Shown in pieces: positions 8,711 through 19,556 of a stretch of DNA of 64,000 nucleotides (position 1 is its first letter; the number at the start of each line of letters is the position of its first letter). Source of the stretch: Pelagibacterales bacterium SAG-MED39 (GTDB lineage Bacteria; Pseudomonadota; Alphaproteobacteria; Pelagibacterales; Pelagibacteraceae); assembly GCA_014653625.1 (NCBI GenBank), contig JACWEI010000003.1, positions 30,243 through 94,242 on the forward strand. The letters are read 5' to 3'. The notes below the pieces were generated by a model, which searched no databases, had not been told where the DNA came from, and saw only the letters and a program-made list of their open reading frames with translations. Both the position numbers and the translations under genes were made by a program.

Positions 8711-10389
8711 TGGACTCAAAAAATGTAATAGCTGCGATTGCATTGTCAACAGCTGTGATTGTTTTATATTCACTATTTTTTATGCCAGAAAAAACTATAT
8801 CAGAAAAACAATTAGCAGAAAAAAATAAGACGGAGCAAAATAGTGATACTCCAAGTTTAGATCAAAAAGAAACTTTAATTCAAATCTCTAGAGAAGATGC
8901 TTTAAAACAAAATGAAAGAGTTCAGTTTGAAAATGAAAGCATTGTTGGATCAATATCATTGAAAGGTGCTTCAATAGATGACTTAACATTTAAAAATTAC
9001 AATACATCTTTAGAAAGTAACAAAAAAGTAACACTTTTAGGACCTAGAAACATAGAAGATGGATATTTAATAGAAAGTGGTTTTGTTACATCTGATAAAA
9101 ATATCAATATTCCTAATTCAGAGTCTGTTTGGTCAATCATTGGAAATAAGAAATTGACCAATCAATTTCCAATAATATTAACTTGGAGCAATAATCAGGG
9201 TATTACTTTTAAAAAAGAAATATCTCTAGATGATAAATATTTATTTACTATTAAACAAAGTGTAATTAATTCAACTAATAATAAATATGATTTTTATTCG
9301 TATGGCCAAATAATAAGAAACAAGATTCCTGAAATATCGAATTTTTACATTTTACATGAAGGTTTAATTGCAACCTTAGATGATGAGTTAATTGAAGAGG
9401 ACTATGATGATATTCAAGAAAAAAAGTTTTCAAGAGTCTCCAAAAAAGGTTGGCTTGGAATAGGAGATAAATATTGGATAACATCATTAATTCCACCAAG
9501 AAAAAAGGAGTTCAAAACAACATTTGATTATAATAAAAAATTTAGAGCAAATTTTATTGCAACTGAGCCTTTAGAATTAAATGCTAATAGTAAAGTTGAG
9601 GAGATAGTGCAAATTATTGTTGCTGCTAAAAGGGTAGATATTATTGATAGTTACGCAGAGTCCCTAAATATTGATAAATTTGACTTAGCAATTGACTGGG
9701 GATTTTTATATTTTATAACAAAACCACTTTTCTTTGCCATTGATTATTTTTTTAAATTACTTGGGAATTATGGCTTAGCGATAATAGCGGTAACAATTTG
9801 TATTCGCTTAACTTTTTTTCCATTAGCTAATTTTTCATTTAGAAGTATGGCAAAAATGAAAGCTCTCCAACCAGAGATGGTAAGACTTAAAGAGTTACAT
9901 AAAGATGATAAAATGAAATTACAGCAAGAGATGATGGCCTTATACAAAAAAGAGAAGGTAAACCCAATGTCTGGATGCCTTCCAATACTAGTTCAAATTC
10001 CAGTTTTCTTTGCATTATATAAAGTTTTATTTGTAACAATTGAGATGAGACAAATGCCGTTTTATGGTTGGATTAATGATTTAAGTGAACGCGATCCTAC
10101 AAGTTTGTTTAATTTATTTGGACTATTGCCTTATGATGTCCCATCTTTTTTGGTAATTGGGGCTTGGCCGGTAGCGATGGGAGTGTCAATGTGGGTTCAA
10201 CAAAAACTAAATCCCGCACCTACGGATGCTATGCAAGCAAAAATATTTATGTTCTTTCCACTTTTCTTGACTGTTATACTGGCCCCCTTTCCATCTGGAC
10301 TTGTAATTTACTGGACTGTCAACAATATTTTAACAATGGCTCAACAAGTTTTCATCATGAAAAGAACTACGGTTAAAACTGTAACTTAA
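8710..10389 (+). CDS. yidC: Membrane protein insertase YidC
   Basis: IDWG..YFITKP, GNYGLAII, NPMSGCLPILVQIPVFFALY, GLVIYW..NN. Confidence 0.97.
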   Translation: MDSKNVIAAIALSTAVIVLYSLFFMPEKTISEKQLAEKNKTEQNSDTPSLDQKETLIQISREDALKQNERVQFENESIVGSISLKGASIDDLTFKNYNTSLESNKKVTLLGPRNIEDGYLIESGFVTSDKNINIPNSESVWSIIGNKKLTNQFPIILTWSNNQGITFKKEISLDDKYLFTIKQSVINSTNNKYDFYSYGQIIRNKIPEISNFYILHEGLIATLDDELIEEDYDDIQEKKFSRVSKKGWLGIGDKYWITSLIPPRKKEFKTTFDYNKKFRANFIATEPLELNANSKVEEIVQIIVAAKRVDIIDSYAESLNIDKFDLAIDWGFLYFITKPLFFAIDYFFKLLGNYGLAIIAVTICIRLTFFPLANFSFRSMAKMKALQPEMVRLKELHKDDKMKLQQEMMALYKKEKVNPMSGCLPILVQIPVFFALYKVLFVTIEMRQMPFYGWINDLSERDPTSLFNLFGLLPYDVPSFLVIGAWPVAMGVSMWVQQKLNPAPTDAMQAKIFMFFPLFLTVILAPFPSGLVIYWTVNNILTMAQQVFIMKRTTVKTVT

Positions 10390-10415
10390 AGTTGGAAATT
10401 TCATAAAAAAAATTA

Positions 10416-11264
10416 ATGGATTTAGAAAAAATATTACCTGAAAATGGCCCACCAATAAAAGAGGTTTTCAAATACATAGAAAAATATAAAAATGATTTAA
10501 TAGTAATAAAATATGGAGGTAATGTTTTTATAGATAGAAATATATTTAATAATTTTATAACAGACATAAGTTTATTAAATAAACTGGGGCTTTCTATTGT
10601 GGTAGTTCATGGTGGCGGACCAAGAATTAAAAGAGAATTGGAAAAATTTAATATTCAATCTAAATTCATTGGAGGATTAAGAGTTACGGACGAAAAAATT
10701 ATAAGTATAGTTGAAAAAGTTTTAATTGAATTTAATGAGGATATTGTTTCTTCTTTAAAGAAGATTAAATCTAATGCTATTTCGATAAACACTAAAGAAA
10801 ATAATATAATTGAAGTTGTCCCTGAAAAACCGGAACTTGGCTTTGTTGGAGTCCCAAATAAAATAGATGTAGATATTATAAAAGATTTGGTAAAAAAAAA
10901 TATAATTCCAATTATATCTCCTTTGGGTCTAGGAGATAACAATCAGACATACAATATAAACGGAGATACTACTGCGGGTGCAATAGCTAAATCACTAAAA
11001 TCTAGAAGATTACTTTTGATGACTAATGTTAAAGGAGTTCTTGACAAAGAAAAAAAGCTAATAGAAGAAATTTCTTCATCAGAAATTTTGGAAATGATTA
11101 AGAATGAAACTATCACTGAGGGTATGATACCAAAAATTAATACTTGCCTAGATGCTGTAAATAATGGAGTTACAGCAGTTGGAATTATAGATGGAAGAGA
11201 AAAACACTCAATACTATTTGAAATATTTTCTGATAAAGGCTCTGGAACATTGATAAGAAAATGA
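10416..11264 (+). CDS. argB: Acetylglutamate kinase
   Basis: VIKYGGN, VVHGGGP, GLRVTD, YNINGD, GMIPK. Confidence 0.95.
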   Translation: MDLEKILPENGPPIKEVFKYIEKYKNDLIVIKYGGNVFIDRNIFNNFITDISLLNKLGLSIVVVHGGGPRIKRELEKFNIQSKFIGGLRVTDEKIISIVEKVLIEFNEDIVSSLKKIKSNAISINTKENNIIEVVPEKPELGFVGVPNKIDVDIIKDLVKKNIIPIISPLGLGDNNQTYNINGDTTAGAIAKSLKSRRLLLMTNVKGVLDKEKKLIEEISSSEILEMIKNETITEGMIPKINTCLDAVNNGVTAVGIIDGREKHSILFEIFSDKGSGTLIRK

Positions 11265-11932
11265 AAGAATTAACAGAAATAAAATATTGGATATTTGATT
11301 TAGATAACACTCTTTATAGTGGTCAAACTAAAGTATTCTCAGAAGTTGATAAAAAAATGTCATCTTTTATATCTGAAAAATTCAATGTAGATCTTATTGA
11401 AGCTAAAAAAATTCAAAAAGAATATTTTTATGAATATGGAACAACATTATCTGGATTGATGAAGAAGAAAAATGTAAATCCTAATGAATTTTTAGAATTT
11501 GTACATGATATTGATATATCTTGGCTACCAAAAGATAAACTTTTAAGGGAAGAATTAATTAAACTTAAAGAAAATAAATATATATTTTCAAATGGCTCTC
11601 ATGATCATATTAAAAATGTAACAAATCAATTGGGCATTAACGATTTATTTGATGGTGCATTTGACATAACTGATGCAAACTTTGTTCCAAAACCTCATTT
11701 GGATCCCTATACAAAACTAATTGAAAAATTCAAATTAGACCCCAAAAAATCAATTTTAATTGAAGATATAGCTCACAATCTTGAGCAAGCTAAAAATTTA
11801 GGGATGAAAACTTGCTGGCTTGAAAATGATGAAGCTTTTGCAAAAAAAGATGCAGACAAGTCATACATCGATTATAAGATTAATAACTTGCCTTCTTTTC
11901 TTCAAAAAATTAATGTATTAAAAAACAATTAA
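11261..11932 (+). CDS. Pyrimidine 5'-nucleotidase-like HAD hydrolase
   Basis: [35 protein letters not shown]. Confidence 0.88.
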   Translation: MKELTEIKYWIFDLDNTLYSGQTKVFSEVDKKMSSFISEKFNVDLIEAKKIQKEYFYEYGTTLSGLMKKKNVNPNEFLEFVHDIDISWLPKDKLLREELIKLKENKYIFSNGSHDHIKNVTNQLGINDLFDGAFDITDANFVPKPHLDPYTKLIEKFKLDPKKSILIEDIAHNLEQAKNLGMKTCWLENDEAFAKKDADKSYIDYKINNLPSFLQKINVLKNN

Positions 11933-11943
11933 TTCAAAAAATT

Positions 11944-12774
11944 ATGAGCAATTTAGAGGATATTATTAATGAAGCTTGGGAAAATAAAGATCAAGTAAAT
12001 CAAAATTCAGATCAAGCTCTTAAAGACGCTATTAATCAAGTAATTAGTGATTTAGATAGTGGTAAATCAAGAGTTGCTGAAAAAATTAATGCAGAATGGG
12101 TAACGCATCAATATTTAAAAAAAGCAATTATGTTAAGTTTCAGGATTTATCCAATGGAAAATTTAAATGGACCTTATAGTAGTTGGTATGACAAAGCTCA
12201 CTTATTAAAAGGTAAGACAGCTGGATGGTCAAAAGAAGATCATGAGAAAGCAGGTTTCAGAATGGTTCCAAACTCACCAGTGAGAATAGGTTCATTTATA
12301 GGAAAAAATGCTGTTCTAATGCCCTGCTATGTAAACATTGGTGCCTATATTGATGAAGGAACAATGATAGATACGTTTGCTAGAGCTGGAAGTTGTTGCC
12401 AAATAGGTAAAAATTGCCATATCTCTGCAGGAAGTGGTGTTGGTGGAGTTTTAGAACCAGCTCAAGCGCTTCCGACAATTATAGAAGATAACGTATTTTT
12501 AGGAGCTATGTCAGAAGTAGTTGAAGGAGTGGTTGTAGGTGAAGGATCAGTTTTAAGTATGGGAATGTATATTGGTCAATCAACAAAGATTATAGATCGA
12601 AAAACTGGTAAAATTACATATGGTAAAATTCCACCTTATTCTGTTGTTGTTCCCGGCTCATTACCAGACAAAAATAATCCATCAGCACCATCTCTATATT
12701 GTGCGGTTATAATTAAACAAGTTGATGAAAAGACAAGATCTAAGACATCGATTAATGATCTTTTAAGGGATTAG
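11944..12774 (+). CDS. dapD: Tetrahydrodipicolinate N-succinyltransferase
   Basis: [10 protein letters not shown], hexapeptide repeats, GGVLEP.QA.PTIIEDN, SLYCAVI.K.VD. Confidence 0.96.
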   Translation: MSNLEDIINEAWENKDQVNQNSDQALKDAINQVISDLDSGKSRVAEKINAEWVTHQYLKKAIMLSFRIYPMENLNGPYSSWYDKAHLLKGKTAGWSKEDHEKAGFRMVPNSPVRIGSFIGKNAVLMPCYVNIGAYIDEGTMIDTFARAGSCCQIGKNCHISAGSGVGGVLEPAQALPTIIEDNVFLGAMSEVVEGVVVGEGSVLSMGMYIGQSTKIIDRKTGKITYGKIPPYSVVVPGSLPDKNNPSAPSLYCAVIIKQVDEKTRSKTSINDLLRD

Positions 12775-12777
12775 TAC

Positions 12778-13935
12778 ATGGCAATTTTTAATGAAATCAA
12801 ATTAGCCAAAGAGTTAATCAAATTTCCATCTATAACTCCCGTTGATGCAGGTGTAATGAAATTTTTAGAAAAAAAACTCAATAAATTAGGTTTTAAAACA
12901 AAAATTATTGAATTTAAGGAAAAAAATTTTAAACCTGTGAAAAATTTATATGCAAGATTAGGAAATAAAGGTCTTAATTTTTGTTATGCCGGTCACTTAG
13001 ATGTTGTTCCTCCAGGAAATATAAATGATTGGACAATCAATCCATTCAAACCTTCTATTAAAAATGGTCATTTAATTGGTAGAGGTGCTAATGATATGAA
13101 AAGTTCAATCGCTGCTTTTGTTTCAGCAGTTAGTGCTTTTTTAAATAAAAATCATGATTTTGATGGGTCAATTAGTTTATTGATAACTGGGGATGAGGAA
13201 GGTGATGCAGTTAATGGAACAAAAAAAGTTGTAGATTATTTAAAAAATAGAAAAGAAAAAATTAACTTCTGTTTAGTTGGAGAGCCCACAAATCCAAATA
13301 AATTAGGTGAAATGATTAAAATAGGTCGAAGAGGCAGCTTAACTGGTAAACTTATTGTTAATGGTGTTCAAGGCCATGTAGCTTATCCTCAAAAAGCAAA
13401 CAACCCTTCGACTACTATCATTAGGATTTTAAATGAATTAAAAAATATAAAGTTTGATAATGGGACAAAAGATTTTCAACCAACAAACTTAGAAATTACA
13501 AAGATTAATATAAACAACAATGCTGATAATGTGATTCCTAAATCAGCTGAAGCAACTTTCAATATAAGATTTAATGATAAACATTCATCAAGTTCTATTA
13601 AAAAAAAACTTAACAAAATTTTTAAAAAAATTAGTAAAAAAAATAAATCTAATTATAAAATAAAATATAGAGTTTCTGGTGAGTCTTTTTTAACTAAACC
13701 AAACGATACAACATTTATGATACAAGACATTATTAAAAAAATAACAAAAATTAAGCCAAAACTTTCAACAACTGGGGGAACTTCGGACGCTAGATTTATA
13801 AGAAAAATATCTCCATGCTTGGAATTTGGGCTTGTGGGTAAAACTATGCATAAAATTGACGAAGCTGTATCTTTAAAAGATTTAAAAAATCTCACAAAAA
13901 TTTACCAAAATATCTTACAAGATTATTTTAAGTGA
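12778..13935 (+). CDS. dapE: Succinyl-diaminopimelate desuccinylase
   Basis: AGHLDVVP, GRGANDMK, GDEE, GEPT, GRRGS, QGHVAYP, GGTSDARF. Confidence 0.96.
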   Translation: MAIFNEIKLAKELIKFPSITPVDAGVMKFLEKKLNKLGFKTKIIEFKEKNFKPVKNLYARLGNKGLNFCYAGHLDVVPPGNINDWTINPFKPSIKNGHLIGRGANDMKSSIAAFVSAVSAFLNKNHDFDGSISLLITGDEEGDAVNGTKKVVDYLKNRKEKINFCLVGEPTNPNKLGEMIKIGRRGSLTGKLIVNGVQGHVAYPQKANNPSTTIIRILNELKNIKFDNGTKDFQPTNLEITKININNNADNVIPKSAEATFNIRFNDKHSSSSIKKKLNKIFKKISKKNKSNYKIKYRVSGESFLTKPNDTTFMIQDIIKKITKIKPKLSTTGGTSDARFIRKISPCLEFGLVGKTMHKIDEAVSLKDLKNLTKIYQNILQDYFK

Positions 13936-14861
13936 AAACTTGCTTAGTTACCTCAGATACATACCAGAAGCATGATACAGGCAATGGTCACCCTGAAAAA
14001 ATTGATCGAGTAACTGTTATTATAAATAATTTTAAAAAATTTAATAATAGTAATCTAATTTGGAAAAAACCCTCAAAATTTAATCAATCATTATTAACTA
14101 ACACTCATTCATCAAAATATATAAGTTTTGTAAATGGTTCCTTTCCTAAAAAAGGTCTTACCTTTCTAGATGGAGATACAATCATCTCACCAGGAAGTAA
14201 AGATGCGACTAGAGATGCGGTAGGATCTATTATTACTGCAATTGATGGAATTCAAAACAAGGAGTACAAAAATGCATTCTGTGCTGTGAGGCCACCAGGT
14301 CATCATGCTGAGAAAGATAGAGCAATGGGATTTTGTATTTACAATAATGCTGCCATTGGTGCGAACTATTTAATTGAAAAATACAAATTTAATCGAGTAG
14401 CTATTATAGATTTTGATGTTCATCACGGAAATGGAACGCAAGATATTTTTTATGATAATGAAAAAGTTTTATACATTTCAACTCACCAATATCCTTATTA
14501 TCCTGGTTCTGGCTCAGAACAAGAAAAAGGTAAATATAATAATATCTTCAATATTCCTTTGGAAGCTGGAACTACATCTCAACAATATTTAAATGCTTAT
14601 GAATATGTTTTAAAAAAGATAAAAGACTTTAAACCAGAATTTATAATATTTTCAGCAGGTTTTGATGCTCACATGGATGATCCTTTAGCGCAGCTCAAGT
14701 TAAATTCTAATGATTTTTATGAAATTACAAAACGAACATTAGAATTATCTAAAAGTTTTTGTAATGGAAGAGTTGTATCAATCTTAGAGGGTGGATACGA
14801 CTTACAGGCTCTCCAAGATAGCTCTAAAAGACATGTTGATGCATTATTGGAATTCAACTGA
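13932..14861 (+). CDS. Zn-dependent histone deacetylase-family amidohydrolase
   Basis: HPE, RPPGHHA, GFC.YNN, DFDVHHGNGT, SAGFDAH, LEGGY. Confidence 0.93.
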   Translation: MKTCLVTSDTYQKHDTGNGHPEKIDRVTVIINNFKKFNNSNLIWKKPSKFNQSLLTNTHSSKYISFVNGSFPKKGLTFLDGDTIISPGSKDATRDAVGSIITAIDGIQNKEYKNAFCAVRPPGHHAEKDRAMGFCIYNNAAIGANYLIEKYKFNRVAIIDFDVHHGNGTQDIFYDNEKVLYISTHQYPYYPGSGSEQEKGKYNNIFNIPLEAGTTSQQYLNAYEYVLKKIKDFKPEFIIFSAGFDAHMDDPLAQLKLNSNDFYEITKRTLELSKSFCNGRVVSILEGGYDLQALQDSSKRHVDALLEFN

Positions 14862-14891
14862 TATAGGTCAAATACATTATAAATAAATCAA

Positions 14892-15368
14892 ATGAAATTA
14901 TATAAGATAAAAAAATCTAAAATTGATAGTAAGGGTCGAGGACTCTATGCAACAAAGAATATAAAAGAAGGAACAAAAATTATTAATTATAAAGGAAAAA
15001 TAATCACAAACAAACAAGTAGAAAACTCTAATAAATATAACAATGACAAACCTATATATTTATTCACTTTAAATAAAAGATATACACTAGATGGTGATTT
15101 CCATTGGAATACAGCGGGCTTAATAAATCACAGTTGCAATCCAAACTCCCAATATGATGGCAAAGGTTTAAAGATATGGATAACAGCAATAAAAGATATT
15201 AAAAAAGGAGAAGAATTTACTTGTGATTATGGTTTTAGCTTTGATAAAGATTATAAACAATTTCCCTGTAAATGTAGCGCAAAAAACTGTTGTGGCTACA
15301 TAGTCCGAGAAGAGTCTAGGTGGCGAATAAACAAAAAATTTGCTATGGGAAAAAAAATTAATAAATAA
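14892..15368 (+). CDS. SET-domain protein-lysine methyltransferase with post-SET Cys cluster
   Basis: GRGLYA..I..G, INHSCNPN, EEFTCDY, CKCSAKNC. Confidence 0.92.
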   Translation: MKLYKIKKSKIDSKGRGLYATKNIKEGTKIINYKGKIITNKQVENSNKYNNDKPIYLFTLNKRYTLDGDFHWNTAGLINHSCNPNSQYDGKGLKIWITAIKDIKKGEEFTCDYGFSFDKDYKQFPCKCSAKNCCGYIVREESRWRINKKFAMGKKINK

Positions 15369-16098
15369 TTCTTTTTAAGTAAAGCCCCTCAGGTGGTGCT
15401 GGTGGTGCACATAAATTTCTTTTTTTTGACAAAATAACATTTTCAAATTTTTTTAATGACCATTTTTTTTCCCCAAGATATTTTAAACAACCAACCATTC
15501 CTCTTACTTGTTGTTGAAGAAATGACTGGGACCTAAATTCTATTTCAATTTTATCTTTTGAAGATTTAATTTTAACTAATTCCATTGTCTTTATTGGACT
15601 TTTTGCCCTACAACTAGAAGCTCTGAATGTAGAAAAATCTTTAGTTCCAATTAGTTTTTTTGCTCCTTTTTTCATCAATTCTAAATCTAACATTTTCACT
15701 ATATGCCAACCTTTATTTTTTTCTAAAACTGGTCCACTTAAACGATTAATGATAACGTATCTATATATCCTCATTTTAGCTGAAAACCTTGCATGAAAGT
15801 TATTTTGTTTTTTTCTAAGCCTTAAAATTGAAACTCCCTCTTTGTTCAAAAAATAATTTATCGATTTTAAAAATATATCTGATCGTATAATTTTAATTTT
15901 ACTATCAAAATGTGCAGATTGTTCAATTGCATGTACTCCTGCGTCTGTTCGTCCTGATCCTGAGAGTGTGATTTCTTCTTTTAAAATTTTTGAGATTTTT
16001 TCCTGAATTAATCCTTGAATGGTCTTTCCTTTTTTTTGGACTTGCCAACCTCTAAAGTTTGTTCCAACATATTCTATTAGTATTTGGTATCTAAACAT
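15358..16098 (-). CDS. truA: tRNA pseudouridine(38-40) synthase
   Basis: EY.GT.F.GWQ, SGRTDAGVHA, FHARFSA, APPEGLYL. Confidence 0.96.
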   Translation of the reverse strand: MFRYQILIEYVGTNFRGWQVQKKGKTIQGLIQEKISKILKEEITLSGSGRTDAGVHAIEQSAHFDSKIKIIRSDIFLKSINYFLNKEGVSILRLRKKQNNFHARFSAKMRIYRYVIINRLSGPVLEKNKGWHIVKMLDLELMKKGAKKLIGTKDFSTFRASSCRAKSPIKTMELVKIKSSKDKIEIEFRSQSFLQQQVRGMVGCLKYLGEKKWSLKKFENVILSKKRNLCAPPAPPEGLYLKRIIY

Positions 16099-17023
16099 TA
16101 GGTATTAATGAGCCTTTTTTAATTTGAGATCCGAGCATGAATTCCTCAATTTTTTGAGATTTTTTTCCTTGTCTTTGTATTTCAAGAATCTTTATTGATT
16201 GATTGTTACTACACCCAATTTCTAATTCATTATTTAATACTTCGCCATTTTTACCTACCCCTTTACCAATTTCAGCTTTTAATATCTTGTATCTTTCACC
16301 ATTAAATATAAAAAAAGCACCTGGTGAAGGAAATAAACCGTTAATTTTTCCTAAAATAATAGAAGCTTCATCATTCCAGTTTATCTTGCCCTCTGATTTA
16401 TCAATTTTTTTTGCATAAGTTGCTTTAAGATGGTCTTGATCAACAAATTTTGCTTTATCAGCTAATATGTCATCAACATTATCTAAAATTTTTTCAGCTG
16501 CCAAAAGAGACAATTTTTCTGAAATTTCTTGAGTGTTTTCGTTATTACCTAATTTAATCTTATAGATATTAGATATAGGGCCACTATCTAACTTTTCAAC
16601 AATTTTCATTATACTTATTCCTACCTCACTATCAAGGTTCATGATTGATCTTTGAATGGGTGCTGCCCCTCTCCACTTTGGAAGAATAGATCCGTGAATA
16701 TTTATAAAACCTTTTTTGGTTAAACTTAAAAATTCTTTTGGAATGATTTGACCATATGCAACTACAATTGCAAGATCAGCTTCTAAATTTTTTAAAAATT
16801 GATATTCATCATTATTGTCTATCAAAGTTTGTGGAGATCTAAATTCTAGATTTAAAGTTTCTGAAATACCTTGAACTGGGGATTTATTTATTTTTTGGCC
16901 TCTTTGGGATTTTTGTGGAGGTTGTGTATAAATGACTGATAATGGATAACCATTTTGATGTAGTGACTTCAAAATAGGCACTGCAAAAAAAGGTGTGCCC
17001 ATAAAAATAATCTTCTTAAGCAT
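16091..17023 (-). CDS. fmt: Methionyl-tRNA formyltransferase
   Basis: FMGTP.FA, VVAYGQI, INIHGSILPKWRGAAPIQR. Confidence 0.96.
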   Translation of the reverse strand: MLKKIIFMGTPFFAVPILKSLHQNGYPLSVIYTQPPQKSQRGQKINKSPVQGISETLNLEFRSPQTLIDNNDEYQFLKNLEADLAIVVAYGQIIPKEFLSLTKKGFINIHGSILPKWRGAAPIQRSIMNLDSEVGISIMKIVEKLDSGPISNIYKIKLGNNENTQEISEKLSLLAAEKILDNVDDILADKAKFVDQDHLKATYAKKIDKSEGKINWNDEASIILGKINGLFPSPGAFFIFNGERYKILKAEIGKGVGKNGEVLNNELEIGCSNNQSIKILEIQRQGKKSQKIEEFMLGSQIKKGSLIPNV

Positions 17024-17026
17024 TTA

Positions 17027-17545
17027 TCACACAACTATCCGAGTAGATTTATTTTTTGATAGTTTTTTGATAATCATTGACTTTTTTAATTTTGATAAAT
17101 AATCGATAAACAAAACACCCTCTAAATGATCTATTTCATGTTGAATACATGTTGCTAACAAACCTTCTGCTTTTAAAATTTTTTTTCCACCATCATAATC
17201 TATATATTCAACATCACATTTTTTTGGTCTATCTATTTCTGCAAATTGATTAGGAACAGACAAACATCCTTCCTCATACGTAGCTTTCAAAGTATCTTTA
17301 TTCTTAATCACAGGATTGACGAAGTACCTGGGTTCTCTTTTGTTTTCTTCTTTACTTATATCTACTACAATCATTCTTTTTGGAACACCTATTTGAATTG
17401 CAGCAAGTCCAATCCCATTTGCAGCATACATTGTTTCAAGCATGTCATCCATAATTTGTCTTTCCTCTTTACCAACTTTATCAACTGGGCTTGATACTTG
17501 TCTTAAAAGTTGATTAGGTTCTGTAATTATTTTTTTAATAGTCAT
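17027..17545 (-). CDS. def: Peptide deformylase
   Basis: GIGLAAIQ, EGCLS, QHEIDH. Confidence 0.97.
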   Translation of the reverse strand: MTIKKIITEPNQLLRQVSSPVDKVGKEERQIMDDMLETMYAANGIGLAAIQIGVPKRMIVVDISKEENKREPRYFVNPVIKNKDTLKATYEEGCLSVPNQFAEIDRPKKCDVEYIDYDGGKKILKAEGLLATCIQHEIDHLEGVLFIDYLSKLKKSMIIKKLSKNKSTRIVV

Positions 17546-17569
17546 AAAAAGATTATTTTAATATAATTT

Positions 17570-19345
17570 TTAAACTTTTAAAGGTAGAACTTTTAATAGA
17601 ATTTTATTTCTTATTAAATCAATATCTAACTGATTTAAGGTACTTATTATAAAAAACATAGTATCTTCATCCATTTTATCCAATTCATCTTGTCCAATTA
17701 CTTCAACAATTCTTAATAATGCTGCTCCTTTTTCTCCGTTATTAATCATAACTTGAATATCTGTTGGTATCTCAGAATTATTTACTTCATAAAGAGACTC
17801 ATATTTTTTTGAAATCTTGACCCCATCTGACTTTAGAGACTCTATAAAAATTATGTCTTTCGTAGAAAAAAAATATTTTTTATTCTTTTTGATCTTTTTT
17901 AAAAAGTTATTTACATCTTTTTCAATCTTTGGTTTTGCATAATCTCCATTAAAATAATTCAGCAGTTTTGATTGATGCATTGTATCATTATTTATTTTAA
18001 CTTTTTTTTCTAAATCTTCTTTTTTTTGTAAATGCGTCAAATAAAAATCTTCAAATTTTAGTGAAACATCCTCTTGATTAATGCTTTTAAGAAAATCTTT
18101 TAATTTATCATCAAATGCTCCTGAAATATCAGATTTGATAAACAGATCTTTTAAAATCTCCAATAATTCTAATTTTTTATTAACATCAGACTCAAGTAAA
18201 ATTCTTTGATAGATTAGAGATCTTGCCTCTATTTTTGTTAATGACTTATGTGAATTTTCTGCGTTCAATAATTGGTTAATATTAAATTGAAATCTTTTAT
18301 ATATCTCAAATAGATCTTTTTCTGGATAATTTTTATTATGAGTGGCCTTTTCTATTGTTCGAATTTTATCAAATTCTGTAACTTCAATATCTTGTACTTT
18401 ATATAAAAGATTAGCAGATGATAAATACTGCCAAATAATCTTTGCTGTATTATCATTTGGCTCGAAAATAAATTTAGGATTGACTCTATGTGCCAAGTGA
18501 AAATTAAGAATAGATTTTTCTGAAATATCAATGTTGATTTTGTCTGTATAACCAAAAAGAAAATTCATTTTTTTTTCAAAATAATTATCTTTAAATCCTG
18601 ACTCTTTTTTCAAATCTAAGACAAGTTGGGCTTCATTTTTTTTATCTGAGTTAAATAAACAATAGATATTAAATTTGGAGAGATAATCATCATTTATTGG
18701 TTCTGTATTTTTTAAAAAAAAATCACAAGCTTTTTTTAATTCAAATTGTGATAAATGTTGATCTACCAGGTATCTTGTAAGTCTAAGATGACTGTTAATC
18801 ACCTGATTTTTTATCAAGTATTCTTCTATAAGATCTAAATCTGAATTTTTAATTAACCAATCAGATTTATATTCTAAAAATTCTTCTTTGGTAATATTTC
18901 TGTTAGGATAATAAGTATTGGTTAACATTAAAATTTTCATTATTTCTGAAGCATCTTTGGAGAGTTCAATCTTATTTAAATTTGAAAAAATTTTTTTAAG
19001 TTGTTCTCCATCTGAATTAGACCACATGTTTATATCAAGATCATAATCATCAGGATCATATAATCCCACAATTTTTAAATCTTTGGTATCTAAAGTTTCA
19101 TCTAATAGGATAGTTTCTTTTTTTTTTTGAGATTGGTTTTTATAAATATTTGACTCACTAATCTCAGATTCTTGAATGATATTTTCAATATTCTGATTTT
19201 TTCCTAAATTTTTTTTTTTTAAAATTTCTTTTTCTTCTAAATTCCAAATGTCTATTGGTTCATTTTCAGCAAAAACATTTGGGCTAAATAAAAATGTTAA
19301 AATAAAAAAAATTATTTTTTTATTTAACAATTTTGAAATTTTCAT
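17570..19345 (-). CDS. Exported hypothetical protein (591 aa)
   Basis: Signal-peptide-like N-terminus (FFILTFLFSPNVFA-ENEPIDIW). No family recognised. Confidence 0.75.
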   Translation of the reverse strand: MKISKLLNKKIIFFILTFLFSPNVFAENEPIDIWNLEEKEILKKKNLGKNQNIENIIQESEISESNIYKNQSQKKKETILLDETLDTKDLKIVGLYDPDDYDLDINMWSNSDGEQLKKIFSNLNKIELSKDASEIMKILMLTNTYYPNRNITKEEFLEYKSDWLIKNSDLDLIEEYLIKNQVINSHLRLTRYLVDQHLSQFELKKACDFFLKNTEPINDDYLSKFNIYCLFNSDKKNEAQLVLDLKKESGFKDNYFEKKMNFLFGYTDKINIDISEKSILNFHLAHRVNPKFIFEPNDNTAKIIWQYLSSANLLYKVQDIEVTEFDKIRTIEKATHNKNYPEKDLFEIYKRFQFNINQLLNAENSHKSLTKIEARSLIYQRILLESDVNKKLELLEILKDLFIKSDISGAFDDKLKDFLKSINQEDVSLKFEDFYLTHLQKKEDLEKKVKINNDTMHQSKLLNYFNGDYAKPKIEKDVNNFLKKIKKNKKYFFSTKDIIFIESLKSDGVKISKKYESLYEVNNSEIPTDIQVMINNGEKGAALLRIVEVIGQDELDKMDEDTMFFIISTLNQLDIDLIRNKILLKVLPLKV

Positions 19346-19499
19346 TTGATATGATGTTTTCTATTTCTTTTTTAGGTGTGGGGAAGTCAATTTTATTTAA
19401 AAGAAAAACAATTCCAAGAATAACAATTAAAACTAAAGCTAATTTTAATAATAATTTTATAAATATGGTGCTTGAACTTGTTTTTTTTATAAATTGCAT
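19320..19499 (-). CDS. Small single-TM protein (59 aa) MQFIKKTSSSTIFIKLLLKLALVLIVILGIVFLLNKIDFPTPKKEIENIISNENFKIVK
   Basis: Not in the ORF track (one residue under 60 aa). One clear TM helix; overlaps the start of the 591-aa gene; divergent from aroK. Confidence 0.7.
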   Translation of the reverse strand: MQFIKKTSSSTIFIKLLLKLALVLIVILGIVFLLNKIDFPTPKKEIENIISNENFKIVK

Positions 19500-19556
19500 A
19501 TAAATTTAGTTAATTTCAAATTAAGACATATTTGTGTTTTTTCAATAAAGAAACTT

